A stretch of DNA of 63,216 bases, filler included, from Octopus bimaculoides (taxonomy: Eukaryota), in the NCBI RefSeq assembly GCF_001194135.2. It is 5 parts of 5 records of this genome, joined end to end, with 100 filler letters (N's around TTAATTAATTAA, not from the genome) between each part and the next. Parts side by side here need not be neighbours in the genome. Positions count along the whole stretch, not along the records: positions 61,844 to 63,216 come from NW_026357507.1; 4 more parts are not named here. One strand, 5' to 3'. The first letter of the stretch is position 1. The number at the start of each line of letters is the position of its first letter. The notes beneath the pieces are model-generated. The model was not told the DNA's origin and ran no database searches. It was given only the letters and a program-made list of their open reading frames with translations. Both the position numbers and the translations under genes were made by a program. Below are positions 63,199 to 63,216 of the stretch, piece after piece.

Positions 63199-63216
63199 CA
63201 TACATACATTCATACA

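Overview
Repeat-dense, AT-rich animal genomic DNA with many N gaps. The SINE repertoire and microsatellite load resemble an octopus genome; this is inferred from recalled repeat sequences, not from a search. Four 100-bp artificial spacers (N44-TTAATTAATTAA-N44) split the window into five blocks (1-24995, 25096-41574, 41675-59528, 59629-61743, 61844-63216), so adjacency between blocks is not sequenced. There is no intact long ORF, rRNA, bona fide tRNA gene or CRISPR array. Almost all ORF-track entries are microsatellite, gap or repeat read-throughs. Recognisable coding remnants are decayed transposable elements: two Tc1 transposases, a mariner fragment, Tigger/pogo pieces, a FLYWCH-MULE (Phantom-like) transposase, Penelope RT and GIY-YIG fragments, R4/Dong-like fragments and a possible RTE remnant. 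At least three tRNA-derived SINE families and an RTE-tailed repeat are interspersed. The best leads are: (1) a minimal hammerhead ribozyme in a Penelope fragment with a compensatory U3-A8 core (35304-35345, minus); (2) a phase-compatible two-exon fragment of an unidentified protein (62879-62414, minus); (3) several fold-back structures built from retroposons, including a 46-bp near-perfect hairpin; (4) a repeated ~310-bp module followed both times by the same SINE head; (5) a CpG-depletion step that coincides with a scaffold join. No host gene could be named. I found no evidence for a new multi-gene system.
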